Virus record (IMG/VR): IMGVR_UViG_3300035182_002389
Coordinates: 96,001 to 160,000 of that record
Length of the DNA stretch: 64,000 nt
DNA from: a virus
Lineage: Duplodnaviria > Caudoviricetes
Strand: one strand, 5' to 3'
The translations under genes and the position numbers were made by a program. Below, in pieces: positions 9,127 to 18,239 of the stretch; position 1 is the stretch's first letter, and each line of letters begins with the position of its first letter. A model generated the notes under the pieces. The model saw nothing but the letters and a program-made list of their open reading frames with translations, was not told where the DNA came from and made no database searches.

Positions 9127-9390
9127 ATGTCCAAAGACAAGGCCAAGGCGCAGCTCGTTGACGAACTGATGCACCGTTACAAGCACATGACCGACCTCGA
9201 AGCCTACGATCTCGTCGAGCGCTTCGAGCGCGTCATCAAGCCGAACCTGCCCGCCGCCGCGAACTTCATCCGGCTCGAAGACGCGGCCCTCGCGGCGAGC
9301 TTGGATCTGGGGCTCGGCACTTCCTACGGAACGAGCTACCGACACCGCGGAACGCCGACGAGTCTCAGCGTCCCTCACCGGCGCCGCTGA
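9127..9390 (+). CDS. hypothetical protein
   Basis: 87-aa helical ORF. Confidence 0.55.
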   Translation: MSKDKAKAQLVDELMHRYKHMTDLEAYDLVERFERVIKPNLPAAANFIRLEDAALAASLDLGLGTSYGTSYRHRGTPTSLSVPHRRR

Positions 9391-9502
9391 CGTTCGACTT
9401 GCGGCAAGCCGCATGCGACGATGCGGGCCATGGCTGCCAAACGCCGCACGAAGGAGTGCGGCGGCGCAGTTCCGCCTCACGCCTCGTGATACGATCGCGA
9501 AC

Positions 9503-9865
9503 ATGGTCACGATCCGCGCCGTGCGCGCCCCTACGGACTACATCTTCTTCCATGCGACTCGGCACAAGTCGCCCAGGAAAAGCGGCCCTGTCTACCTGAC
9601 GCCAGATCGCGCGAGAGCCTCAACGTACGGCCCGAACATGTTCGTTGGCGCGCTCACGAAAAGCGTCAACCTGCTTTTCGCAACCTCCGGCGACGAGATC
9701 GTAGACGCGGTCGGCGGCGATTCCTCCGAACAGGTCGTCGGCGAGGTTGTCGACCTACTGCGCGATCGTGGGGACGTCGACGGCTTCTGGATCAAGCGCC
9801 CGAACGATCTCGAAGAGATCCTTCTGCTCGACGCGAGTCTCCTGAAGTGGAGGGCCGCCCGTTGA
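9503..9865 (+). CDS. ADP-ribosyltransferase-fold-like protein
   Basis: FFHAT...VYLTPDRARASTYG; GTGATACGAT extended -10 box 7 nt before the ATG. Confidence 0.5.
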   Translation: MVTIRAVRAPTDYIFFHATRHKSPRKSGPVYLTPDRARASTYGPNMFVGALTKSVNLLFATSGDEIVDAVGGDSSEQVVGEVVDLLRDRGDVDGFWIKRPNDLEEILLLDASLLKWRAAR

Positions 9866-10052
9866 GCGCGCAAACTCCCGACGCCCCCTTCGATTGGGAC
9901 TGCGCTGCCCGCGGACACGACATGTCCGGCGGCTGCGCGGCGTGCGGCGAAGACGCCTACGTGATTGTCGATGCCTTGCTCGCCGAAAACGCAGAGCTGC
10001 GCGCCAAGTTTGCCCGATACGAAACGCCCGAAGCATCGTAAGATTCGACATC

Positions 10053-10523
10053 ATGGCTGCCAAGCGCCGCGCGAAGTTCGGCAAAGAGGACATCGGAGCC
10101 ATCACCTACGTCAGCGCAGGGTCGCCCGCGGCGATGGAGTTCGGCCTGGTCGGCAACGTGCGGTGCACGGCGTGCGGCACGCGCATCTCACACGTCTACA
10201 TGACGGACGTCGGACCGCTCGGCGGCGATTGTCTCGCGACCATCACAGGGGACGAGACCACGCGCGCTGCCGTTCGCGGGCTCGTCACCAAACTGCGCAG
10301 TCTTCCTTGGATCGAGCTGTACAAGTTCGAGGTCGAGCAGACGGGGCCGCGCACCACATGCGTCCGCGCGTACTGGCAAGAGTCGGGACGCCTCTACGTC
10401 ATCTGGTGCGGGGCTCTTGTGCCCGACATCGCGGCGTCCATCATGCGCGACCGGATCGCCGCATGGGCCGAGGAGCGCGGCTTGATGGGACGCCCCGTCA
10501 GCATCGTCTCCGCGAAGCGGTGA
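10053..10523 (+). CDS. Zn-finger-containing hypothetical protein
   Basis: CTACGTRISHVY...LGGDCLATI; similar to 11778-12101. Confidence 0.65.
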   Translation: MAAKRRAKFGKEDIGAITYVSAGSPAAMEFGLVGNVRCTACGTRISHVYMTDVGPLGGDCLATITGDETTRAAVRGLVTKLRSLPWIELYKFEVEQTGPRTTCVRAYWQESGRLYVIWCGALVPDIAASIMRDRIAAWAEERGLMGRPVSIVSAKR

Positions 10524-10527
10524 GCCG

Positions 10528-10809
10528 TCAGCGGAACACGCGGTTTCGGCAACTGCGGATGGTCTCCTCGTAGGACGTCGCCTTCGCGGGCATGTACGCG
10601 CCGATGGACCCGTCCCAGGTCTTGCCGACGAACACGGCGTGCCACGGTTTCGCGATGCCTGCGCGGTTGTAGAGGATGACGAACGTCCCCTTCGGGCCCT
10701 TCCAGGCCTCGTAGACCGCCCACTGTTTGTCGTCGTACGCGATGCCGTGCCGACGCATGTCGGCGAGCGTGACGGTCGCGGGCTCTGCGAAGTCGGCGAT
10801 GACGGACAT
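10528..10809 (-). CDS. hypothetical protein
   Basis: 93-aa ORF; TAGGAT 6 nt before the ATG. Confidence 0.65.
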   Translation of the reverse strand: MSVIADFAEPATVTLADMRRHGIAYDDKQWAVYEAWKGPKGTFVILYNRAGIAKPWHAVFVGKTWDGSIGAYMPAKATSYEETIRSCRNRVFR

Positions 10810-10818
10810 GGGCCAATC

Positions 10819-11196
10819 CTATCGCCGAACAGAAGCGCGCGCGAGAAGCGCTTGCGCTTCGCGGATCTCGCTCGCCTTGTAGGCGTACAGCGGCTTGCTT
10901 GCGCCCATGTACTTGCGTCGCAACTTCGCCTCCGAATCGAAGTGCTCGATCGTGGGCTTCACGAGATCGAACCATCGGTCCTTGAGACTCGCGATCGTCT
11001 TGCGCCCTTCGACGTCGATGGCCTCGTTTGTCGCCGGGTCGAGGACGAACACGTGCGCGACGCTCGGCAACGAACGACTCCATCGCGAGCCTTCATCGAC
11101 CAGCGCGGCCAGCGGAAATCCTGTCCGACGATGAAGGGCAATCGCGAAGTACGCGCAGCCTTCGAGCATGTAGTAGTCAAGAACCGCGTTGCTCAT
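10819..11196 (-). CDS. papain/transglutaminase-like fold protein (Cys-His-Asp)
   Basis: GCAYFAIALH ... AHVFV ... IDVEG. Confidence 0.5.
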   Translation of the reverse strand: MSNAVLDYYMLEGCAYFAIALHRRTGFPLAALVDEGSRWSRSLPSVAHVFVLDPATNEAIDVEGRKTIASLKDRWFDLVKPTIEHFDSEAKLRRKYMGASKPLYAYKASEIREAQALLARASVRR

Positions 11197-11556
11197 TCAC
11201 CCCTCGCCGCGGCGACGCATGGACGCGTACCAGCGTGAGCCGTGCGCCGACCAATCACCACGCAGCTTGATCGAAGGGTCAATGCGCCGGGCCTCTCGAA
11301 AGAGGGCGGTCGCGACGCCGCGGCCCCGATAGGCGGGGTCGGCCTCGATGTGGGCGATGCCTCCTCCCGAGTACCACTGCAAGAGGCCGACGACCTTGCT
11401 CCCGCGCGTGATGCGTCCGAAGCCTTCGACGCCTTCGAGCGGCGTCTTCTCGGTGCCGGCCGAGCGATGCCCGGATACCGTCGCCGCGACGTGCGAATCG
11501 CTGCTCTCGTCGTACTCGTGCGAAAAGGCGACCTTCTTGCGAGCTTCCTTGGCCAT
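11197..11556 (-). CDS. GNAT-family acetyltransferase
   Basis: HIEADPAYRGRGVATALF motif A. Confidence 0.75.
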   Translation of the reverse strand: MAKEARKKVAFSHEYDESSDSHVAATVSGHRSAGTEKTPLEGVEGFGRITRGSKVVGLLQWYSGGGIAHIEADPAYRGRGVATALFREARRIDPSIKLRGDWSAHGSRWYASMRRRGEG

Positions 11557-11777
11557 GATTCGAGGTTATCTCACCCGAGCGACGAACCGTAGATGGACGT
11601 GACGAGGCGATCCGGGCTCTCGACGTCCTCTTTACGGGCGCCTCGAACGCGAGCTTCGAGCGCGCTGGCCTGCGCGGCGGCCATCGGCAAGCCCGCAGCG
11701 ACGCGCCCCGCATCCGTCAGGCGAATCCCTCGATCGATGGTCAAGAGACCTTTCTTTTCGAGCGCTTTGGCCGCTGT

Positions 11778-12101
11778 TCAGCCCGCGCCGGCGGGGTTCT
11801 GCATGCTGAAGATCAGGTCGCGACGCTCGACGAGCGCAAGATCCTCGATGACCTTCTTCTGCGCGGGCGGCAGACAGCCCTCCTTTTCGCGAAGGGCACG
11901 GCGCGCGGCGGCAAGCTCGGCGCGGAACGCTGCGAGCCCCTCGCCGCCTTCGAGCGTCGCTGCGCAGTCCATACCGACGATCATCTTGCGACCGTCCGAG
12001 TGCTCGACGTAGACGGGGACGTCGATGCGCTGGCCGCACCGCTCGCAGAACGTGCGGAACTTCTTTGCGCCGAGCGCGTGCCAGCGGCCCTTGGAGGACA
12101 T
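11778..12101 (-). CDS. Zn-finger-containing hypothetical protein
   Basis: CERCGQRI...IVGMDCAATL; TAGGAT 7 nt before the ATG. Confidence 0.65.
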   Translation of the reverse strand: MSSKGRWHALGAKKFRTFCERCGQRIDVPVYVEHSDGRKMIVGMDCAATLEGGEGLAAFRAELAAARRALREKEGCLPPAQKKVIEDLALVERRDLIFSMQNPAGAG

Positions 12102-12176
12102 GGGCGCAATCCTAGCGGCTTGTCAGAAGTCGGCGCGCTCTTTTTCGATCCAGGAGCGCGTGGCACGTTTGGCGTC

Positions 12177-12331
12177 ATGAATCGCTACAGCCGCCGAGGT
12201 GAGACGGACAAGGACGACATCATCGCGACCTCTCCTACGACGCTGCTCTTCGTCTCGCCGCCTACGAGGCGCTCTACGACCACCTCAAGCGCGATCCGGC
12301 CATGCTCGCGAAGGTGCCGAAGCGTCAGTAG
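12177..12331 (+). pseudogene. possible frameshifted small gene
   Basis: The frame with G/C-ending codons switches near 12222 (MNRYSRRGETDKDDII / RDLSYDAALRLAAYEALYDHLKRDPAMLAKVPKRQ*). Confidence 0.3.
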
Positions 12332-12514
12332 GGCGTCCCCTGGGAGCCCGAGGACGGGCCGATGGAGCCCGGCGATCGGCTCATCTACGAGCTGAAGGTC
12401 GACCCGGCGTGGCTGCATCGGGCCGCATCGAAGATCGCGAAGGGTCTCGGCGGCGTTCTCTGAGCGCAGGCAGCGCGTGGACTTGTGCCAAGTCCTCGTG
12501 ATAATCTGCTCTCC

Positions 12515-12910
12515 ATGGCCTCCAAGCATTCGATGCGCGGTTCGCTGACCTCCCTCGATCCCGTCGAACCGGCGCCGGAGGTCACGATCGAGCTGCTGCC
12601 GCAGTACAGCCGCGCGTCGAACGGCAAGAAGACGCTCTCGCGCGTCGTCTCGTCCGTTCGGGTGCACTGGCTCGGCACCGGGCAGTGGCCGTCCAAGCCG
12701 CGCGTCCAGGTACTTCGCGAGCGAAGCGTCGCCGAGCTGACGAACGTCGGTGGGACCTTCGTCGGAGACGCAACCAAGACGGAGATCAAGGCGGAGATCC
12801 TCCTGCGCGTCGAGCGCGAGCTTCGCCGCCTCCACATCGTGCCGTCTCGCGTGCGCGTGAGCTGGGTGAAGGCCATCTCCTCCATGCCGTCGAGCCTCTC
12901 GATCGGGTGA
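12515..12910 (+). CDS. hypothetical protein
   Basis: ORF starting MASKHSMRG; GTGATAATCT upstream. Confidence 0.65.
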   Translation: MASKHSMRGSLTSLDPVEPAPEVTIELLPQYSRASNGKKTLSRVVSSVRVHWLGTGQWPSKPRVQVLRERSVAELTNVGGTFVGDATKTEIKAEILLRVERELRRLHIVPSRVRVSWVKAISSMPSSLSIG

Positions 12911-13422
12911 TGGTCCACGCGCCGCGCTTCTCGTTCCGCGTCGACCCGAAGACGGGCGCTGTCCGCGGCCATCTTTCGAGCGTGCCGTCGATCAGCTCCA
13001 TCGGCTTCTACCCGGCGTCGTTCGGGCGAGACAGCTACGTGCGCGGCAAGGAGGCGCCCGAGTTCCTCCGCGTCGAGCTGGTGAAAGAAGGCGAGAAGGC
13101 GCCCGGGTTCGTCCTCGCACGCAAGCTCGACGCAAAGGACGTCAACAAGCACTGCCGGCAAGGGCTCGAAGAGCTGAGCCGCTCGCCGATCGTGTACCTC
13201 GTCTACGCTTCGGCCGTGCACCACCCGCATCGCGGCCAGGGGCTCGGCGCGCTACTCTACGCAACGGCGCTGGTCCTCGCGAGCGTGGAGGGCGCGCCCA
13301 TCGTTGCCGACGACTGCTTCGGTGGCATCACGAGCGAGCTTGCTTCACAGGTCTGGCGAAGCCGCGCGCTCGCCGAGGTCGCGCACGTGCGAGGCAACGT
13401 TGCCGTCTTGAAGCGTCAGTAG
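12910..13422 (+). CDS. GNAT-like protein, paralog family A
   Basis: SAVHHPHRGQGLGALLYATAL...ADDC...TSELASQVW; similar to 21382 and 24092. Confidence 0.7.
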   Translation: MVHAPRFSFRVDPKTGAVRGHLSSVPSISSIGFYPASFGRDSYVRGKEAPEFLRVELVKEGEKAPGFVLARKLDAKDVNKHCRQGLEELSRSPIVYLVYASAVHHPHRGQGLGALLYATALVLASVEGAPIVADDCFGGITSELASQVWRSRALAEVAHVRGNVAVLKRQ

Positions 13423-13907
13423 GTGACGCCCGCGACCTCGGCCGCGTCGACGTGCGAGCCCACGCTGTCGTGCCAGGCGATCGTGACCGTCACGGGCTTT
13501 GCGTCCATCACCGTGAAATCGGGCGCGTCGATCGGGGAGCGGTAGGCCAGCACGCCCGAGGGGCTCACGTCGATCTTGTCGACGACGGCGCCAGAGGCTG
13601 CCGGGATGAACTTCACCCCTGCGCCGATGGGCAACTGGTTCGGCGTCGCGATGCCGCCACTGAGGACCACGGGCAGGGTCGTCTCGGCATACGGGCCCGA
13701 GCCCGGCGAGGTCCCCTTGAGCGGAGGGAAGGTCGGGGGCGCGTTCTTCACCGCGCTCACGTTCGAGCCGCCGGCGGGCGCCGTGTTCGCGGTCCCGCGG
13801 TTCTTCAGGAGCAGATAGCCGACCGCGACGACGCCAGCGGCTCCGAGCAGGAGCAGCGTCGTGTTCGATCCGGGCGAGGTCTTCGGGCTGAGCGAGTCGC
13901 CGGACAT
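13416..13907 (-). CDS. signal-anchored membrane protein
   Basis: LLLLGAAGVVAVGYLLLKNR anchor; beta-rich C-terminal domain. Confidence 0.75.
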   Translation of the reverse strand: MSGDSLSPKTSPGSNTTLLLLGAAGVVAVGYLLLKNRGTANTAPAGGSNVSAVKNAPPTFPPLKGTSPGSGPYAETTLPVVLSGGIATPNQLPIGAGVKFIPAASGAVVDKIDVSPSGVLAYRSPIDAPDFTVMDAKPVTVTIAWHDSVGSHVDAAEVAGVTY

Positions 13908-13932
13908 CAGTTTGTCTTCCTTGCGACCCGCT

Positions 13933-14340
13933 TCAGGACGGCGTGTAGCCGAGCGCTGCCGCCAGATCGGCGATCTGCTTTGCGGCGGCCGTAAAACCGT
14001 TCGCGACGAGCTTGTTGTAGTACGACTCGTAGAGGAACTTGCCCGTCGATGCCGTCGCGGTCCCCGCCTTCTGCATGAGGACGGCCTTGTCGTAGTTGCC
14101 CTTCACCATGTCCCAATCGCTCGACAGATCGGCGATCGTCGTCGTCGATGGAGACGCTACGGGCGCGGCCGGCGTGGAAGGCGCGGCCGGCGTGGAAGGC
14201 GCGGCGGGCGCAGCAGGCGCAGCCGGTGTGGAAGGAGCAGCGGGCGCGATCAACGACTGCGCCGCGGTGCTCTTGCGAGTGAAGAGGTAGATCGCGGCGC
14301 CGGCAACGCCGACCCCCAACAGAAGGTGAATGGTCTTCAT
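13933..14340 (-). CDS. signal-anchored protein with APSTPAAP repeats
   Basis: N-terminal TM, tandem Pro/Ala repeats, C-terminal LVANGFTAAAKQI motif. Confidence 0.75.
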   Translation of the reverse strand: MKTIHLLLGVGVAGAAIYLFTRKSTAAQSLIAPAAPSTPAAPAAPAAPSTPAAPSTPAAPVASPSTTTIADLSSDWDMVKGNYDKAVLMQKAGTATASTGKFLYESYYNKLVANGFTAAAKQIADLAAALGYTPS

Positions 14341-14359
14341 TGGTCTGCGTTCGCCTTTC

Positions 14360-14617
14360 CTACAACCCGAGGGAGGTCTTCACGTGCTTCATTGCGGCGA
14401 GCGCGTCGTCGCGCTCTTCGCGCGGGCTCTCTTCGTCTTTCGCCGCTTCCTTGAGCCACCACCAGAAGGTCTGGAGCTGCTTTGCGTTCTTGAACGTCAC
14501 GTACGATCCGTTGCGATCGTACTCGTACTTCGCGTCCGACATGTCCACCGCGAGGGTGATGAAGTGCTTGATCGCCATCGGCGCAAAGCGGACCGTCGCC
14601 GGGAAGGTGAGGCTCAT
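14360..14617 (-). CDS. hypothetical protein
   Basis: 85-aa ORF. Confidence 0.6.
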   Translation of the reverse strand: MSLTFPATVRFAPMAIKHFITLAVDMSDAKYEYDRNGSYVTFKNAKQLQTFWWWLKEAAKDEESPREERDDALAAMKHVKTSLGL

Positions 14618-14663
14618 GGTTCGCCCAACGTATCACAGCTTGTCGCGAGCCACTCTCAAACGC

Positions 14664-15236
14664 TCAGCCCTGTGCGGTGTTGGAGGCCCAGAGGACTTCC
14701 TGCGACGGACCGTAGACGACGAGGTTGCCGTCGTCCTGCATCGCGAGGAGCGCGCCGGGATGGCCGTCTGTCCCGGTTGCCCAAAGGGCGGCTCCCGCGT
14801 CGTTGTAGACGACCGCATTGCCGTCCTCTTGCATGATGAGGAACGACTTTCCGTCGCTCCGCGTGTCCGAACTCCACAGCGCCGCGCTGCCTGCGTAGAG
14901 CACGAGGTTGCCGTCCGACTGCATCGTCAGGTGGTAGGCCCCGTTGCAGGAGGCCATGGTGCTGCCGTTGTTCACCCTTTGCATCGCCGAGATGTGCGCG
15001 CCGCCGCCCGTGCAGTACGGGTTCGTCGGCACGCCCGGCACGGGACCGGCCGGCGCAGGGGCCGGCGCAGGGGCCGGCGCAGGGGCCGGCGCGGGAGCCG
15101 GCGCAGGGGCGCTGAGCACAATCCTCTTCGTGATCGAGGGCATGGCCACGAGCGCGGGCTTCTTGTTCTTCGAGTGCAGGTAGTACCCGACGACCGCGAG
15201 CGCCACGCCACCGCCGACGAGGTAGGAGGTCTTCAT
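14664..15236 (-). CDS. membrane-anchored bulb-type (B/GNA) lectin
   Basis: Three QxDxNxVxY motifs (QSDGNLVLY, QEDGNAVVY, QDDGNLVVY), (AP)n stalk, N-terminal TM; alternative start 15245. Confidence 0.9.
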   Translation of the reverse strand: MKTSYLVGGGVALAVVGYYLHSKNKKPALVAMPSITKRIVLSAPAPAPAPAPAPAPAPAPAPAGPVPGVPTNPYCTGGGAHISAMQRVNNGSTMASCNGAYHLTMQSDGNLVLYAGSAALWSSDTRSDGKSFLIMQEDGNAVVYNDAGAALWATGTDGHPGALLAMQDDGNLVVYGPSQEVLWASNTAQG

Positions 15237-15268
15237 GGTCGCCATCGTACCACGGCGATCGCCCGCAT

Positions 15269-15283
15269 GACTTGTCGCAAGCC
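15269..15283. promoter_or_regulatory. palindromic operator-like site
   Basis: GACTTGTCGCAAGCC. Confidence 0.65.
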
Positions 15284-15311
15284 TGAGCGCGATTGAGCGT
15301 TTGACGTCATC

Positions 15312-15464
15312 CAAATCCGAATCCGAACCGCTGAACGAGACGAGCGAGAGAGCGGGGGCTGCGCACCCCCACACCCCGCGCCACCTGCGGTGGGGCCACT
15401 GTTGGGGGCTCTGCCCCCAAACCCCCGCTGAGGGCGCTCTCGGCGCGCCCTCAGACTCCTGCCG
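15312..15464 (-). repeat. family-1 four-hairpin element, copy 4
   Basis: Core plus CAAATCCGAATCCGAACC...GAGACGAGCGAGAG tail, between divergent genes. Confidence 0.95.
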
Positions 15465-15481
15465 TGATACCCTACCCTTCA

Positions 15482-16060
15482 ATGGCCAAGCGGGCGATCC
15501 TCCCCTACGTGCTCGGCGGAGCGGCGCTCCTCGGCGTCATCGTTCTTGCACGCCGAAGCAGCGCCCAGGCGCTCGCCCCAAGTCCGAGCGTGCGCACGTG
15601 GCCCGTGGTCCCCAACCGGGGCACCATCAGCGGGTTTGGGGCTCCGCGCCCTGCGGGAAAGTACCCCGCGCGCTACCACGCCGCCGTGGACGTCGGCGCG
15701 CAGGACGGGGACAAGGTCGTCGCGATCGACGACGGCGAAGTGCTCAAGCTCGTCACGGGCTACCAGATTGGCGCAGGCCTTCAAGCGGTCGCCATCCGTC
15801 ACCCCGACGCCGACTACATCTACGCCGAGATCCAGGTGACGGCGGTGCCCGGCCAGCGTGTCAAGGCGGGCGACGTCATCGGCGTCGTGCGCCAGAACGA
15901 CTCTGGTCCGGGGCACCAGATGCTTCACCTCGAAGCGTGGCAGACCGGGATGGTGCCGGACGCTTTCAAACCGTGGTACGTGGGCCAGGCCGCGCCGCCG
16001 GGCCTGCTCGACGTAGGCAAGATTCTCGCGCCCCTCGCGAACACGGGAGTGAAGCCGTGA
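15482..16060 (+). CDS. membrane-anchored M23 peptidase-like protein
   Basis: HAAVD (HxxxD), VxxGQRVKAGDVIG, MLHLE in place of HLHFE; N-terminal TM. Confidence 0.8.
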   Translation: MAKRAILPYVLGGAALLGVIVLARRSSAQALAPSPSVRTWPVVPNRGTISGFGAPRPAGKYPARYHAAVDVGAQDGDKVVAIDDGEVLKLVTGYQIGAGLQAVAIRHPDADYIYAEIQVTAVPGQRVKAGDVIGVVRQNDSGPGHQMLHLEAWQTGMVPDAFKPWYVGQAAPPGLLDVGKILAPLANTGVKP

Positions 16061-16221
16061 CCTTCATCCGAGCTGTTGAGAAGATCGCTCGGGGGGTTGC
16101 GCACCCCCCGAACCCCCGCGCCACCTGCGGTGGGACTTTTGTTGGGGCTCTGCCCCAAACCCTGCTGAGGGGCGCTTCCAGCGCGCCCCTCAGACTCCCT
16201 GCCGCGGGAGTGAAGCCGTGA
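16044..16221 (-). mobile_element. family-1 element, copy 5 (16061-16204), flanked by a 17-bp direct repeat
   Basis: CGGGAGTGAAGCCGTGA at 16044-16060 and 16205-16221. Confidence 0.85.
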
Positions 16222-16997
16222 GCCGCTCTCTTTCCGTCAAGGCCTCGCGCTGGTCAACCACGGAGATCGCCATGGCGGTCGGCGGAGGACTCCTTGCTGT
16301 CGCGGCTTTTGCGATCGCGAAGAAGACCTTCGAGCAACGCCCCCTCGCGGTCGGCAACTACTTCTTCCCGTTCCACGACGCCGAATACCTCAGCCCCGGG
16401 CAGAGTCTGGGTGGACAGGCCTTCGTCCCTCCCGGCGCGCGAGACAACGCCCGCCTCCTCGTCTACCTGCACGGCAACAACGACGGCGGCATGATGCACG
16501 GCGGGATGGGCGCGACCGACACGGCCTACGACCTTCGCAAGATCGTGCCTTCGGACACCATCGTCGCGGCGCCCAGCCAGACGCGAAACGCCTCGGGCGC
16601 GGGGCTCTGGGCGGGCTTCAACCTCGACGAGTTCGTTGCCGCGGTCGAGCGCGCGACAGGGGCCACGATCGACAAATCGCGCGTGATTCTCATGGGCCAC
16701 AGCGGCGCCGGATGCAGCTCGGTCGGCGGCCTCTTCGGCAAGCTCGGGGTCATCAAACCGCAGCTCGTCGCCGTCGTCGACGTCTGCGCGGGGCCCATGT
16801 ACGGAGAGGCATACGGCAGGCTCGCCGAACAAGTTCCCGTGCGCGTGTTCTACCAAACGCGCACGTGGTCGCGAGACTTCGCGGGCTTCCAAGCGGGCTT
16901 GAGGGGCCGCGCGACCTTCGAGGAGGTTCAGACCCCAGCCGGGCAGAGTCCCCACAGCGCCATCGTCCCCATCGTCGCGAAGATGGTGCTCACGTGA
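16218..16997 (+). CDS. membrane-anchored alpha/beta hydrolase
   Basis: YLHGN and GHSGAG nucleophile elbow; GTG start within the duplicated 17-mer. Confidence 0.7.
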   Translation: MSRSLSVKASRWSTTEIAMAVGGGLLAVAAFAIAKKTFEQRPLAVGNYFFPFHDAEYLSPGQSLGGQAFVPPGARDNARLLVYLHGNNDGGMMHGGMGATDTAYDLRKIVPSDTIVAAPSQTRNASGAGLWAGFNLDEFVAAVERATGATIDKSRVILMGHSGAGCSSVGGLFGKLGVIKPQLVAVVDVCAGPMYGEAYGRLAEQVPVRVFYQTRTWSRDFAGFQAGLRGRATFEEVQTPAGQSPHSAIVPIVAKMVLT

Positions 16998-17160
16998 GTC
17001 TCCCCCTTCCCGTTCCCGTTCCCGTTCCCAGCGTGCCGAAGGCGCGCGTTCCCCCTTCCCGAATCCCGCGCCGAAGGCGCGTCTCGGTCCTGCGAGCCCC
17101 CACAAGACGAGATCGGGAACGCTCGCTGCGCGAGCTGGCAACGGGAACGGGGACGGAAGC
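16998..17160. repeat. inverted pair of family-2 hairpin-(GGGAAC)n elements
   Basis: Minus-strand copy (TTCCCG)n...GCGTGCCGAAGGCGCGC and plus-strand copy CAAGACGAGATCGGGAAC-GCTCGCTGCGCGAGC-TGGCAACGGGAAC. Confidence 0.85.
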
Positions 17161-17511
17161 ATGAGAAAGCTCACCTTCTCGCACGACGACCCGTGGCCGG
17201 ACGGGCTCGTCGTGAAGTTCTACCTCGTGCCCTTTCCTTACCGCCGCAAGCCCGTCATCACCGTGCGCGAGGAGGCGGCAAGGCCGCAGCGCATCGCAGA
17301 CGTCCCCATGACTCTGCTCAACGCGTCACAGCGCGGCGTGACGGACACGGGGCTCGCCAAAGCCCACAAGGTGACCGCCCTTCCTCGCGCGTACGAGGAA
17401 GAGGACGGCCGCTACACCATTGCCGACGGCCACCACCGCGTCGTTGCCGCGTGGCTGCGCGGCGAAGATCAGGTCCGCATTCGCATCATCGGACTGCCTC
17501 GCAAGAAGTGA
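17161..17511 (+). CDS. ParB/Sulfiredoxin-like domain protein
   Basis: GRYTIADGHHRVVAAWLRG. Confidence 0.7.
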   Translation: MRKLTFSHDDPWPDGLVVKFYLVPFPYRRKPVITVREEAARPQRIADVPMTLLNASQRGVTDTGLAKAHKVTALPRAYEEEDGRYTIADGHHRVVAAWLRGEDQVRIRIIGLPRKK

Positions 17512-17657
17512 GACGAGATCGGGAACAGGAACGCGCCTTCGGCGCTGGGAACGGGAACGGGAACGGGCGAGACAAGACGAAAAGGACGGCCTGCGGCCGA
17601 GCACGGGCTTCGCCCGAGGACGCGCCTTCAGCGCGAGGACGGGCTTCGCCCGAGGGT
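17511..17657 (+). repeat. family-2 element followed by a family-3 tandem mini-hairpin array (4 units)
   Basis: GAGACGAGATCGGGAACAGGAAC-GCGCCTTCGGCGC-T(GGGAAC)3GGG, then AG(G/C)AC-hairpin-G units; between convergent genes. Confidence 0.9.
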
Positions 17658-18230
17658 TCAATGATAGTCGTACTCGATGCCCTGTGCGCGCATCGCGCGA
17701 CGCAGGTCTTCGATGCCCATGCGACCGGCCGCGGCGAGATTCTTCTGGAGCCACGCGTAAAAGCGCTCGGCGTCCTTCTTCTTGACGGCGTAGTAGAGGG
17801 TGTCCTGGTAGAGACTCGTGCCGCCTTGCAGAAGCGAGCTTCGATCGAGCGGCCAGCTTGACCGGATCGAGAAGCGGTGCGGGGTCGCGTCGATCGAGAT
17901 GCGGTCGCCGTTGTCGAGCTTGTGGCTCAGGTGAATCGCGGTCGACATCGGCTCGACGTCGATCGCACGAAGCTCGCGCTCCTCGACGTGGAACCCGTAG
18001 CGGTGCGCGAGAGCTTGGGCGTACGAGCGAGCGTGCGCGTACGTCGGCGCTTGCAGCAGGATGTCGCCGAGACGGTCGAGCGCCGACCCCTTCTCCGACG
18101 ACGCGGTGAGCTGCAAGATCCGCTTGCCGCGCTTGCCTGCGAGGGCCGTGTCGGTGACGACCAGCGAGTTCGCATAGCGATGGACACGCAGCGTGCCCAC
18201 GTGTGCGGTACGACCGATTTCGATGGGCAT
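17658..18230 (-). CDS. hypothetical protein
   Basis: 190-aa ORF; stop abuts the family-3 array. Confidence 0.7.
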   Translation of the reverse strand: MPIEIGRTAHVGTLRVHRYANSLVVTDTALAGKRGKRILQLTASSEKGSALDRLGDILLQAPTYAHARSYAQALAHRYGFHVEERELRAIDVEPMSTAIHLSHKLDNGDRISIDATPHRFSIRSSWPLDRSSLLQGGTSLYQDTLYYAVKKKDAERFYAWLQKNLAAAGRMGIEDLRRAMRAQGIEYDYH

Positions 18231-18239
18231 GGGGTCCTG

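Noticed and set aside
17583-17657. Possible CRISPR array (family-3 tandem hairpins, also 29681-29756)
   Set aside because: Units are 17-19 nt with no unique spacers, the variable part is itself the palindrome, and no cas genes are present
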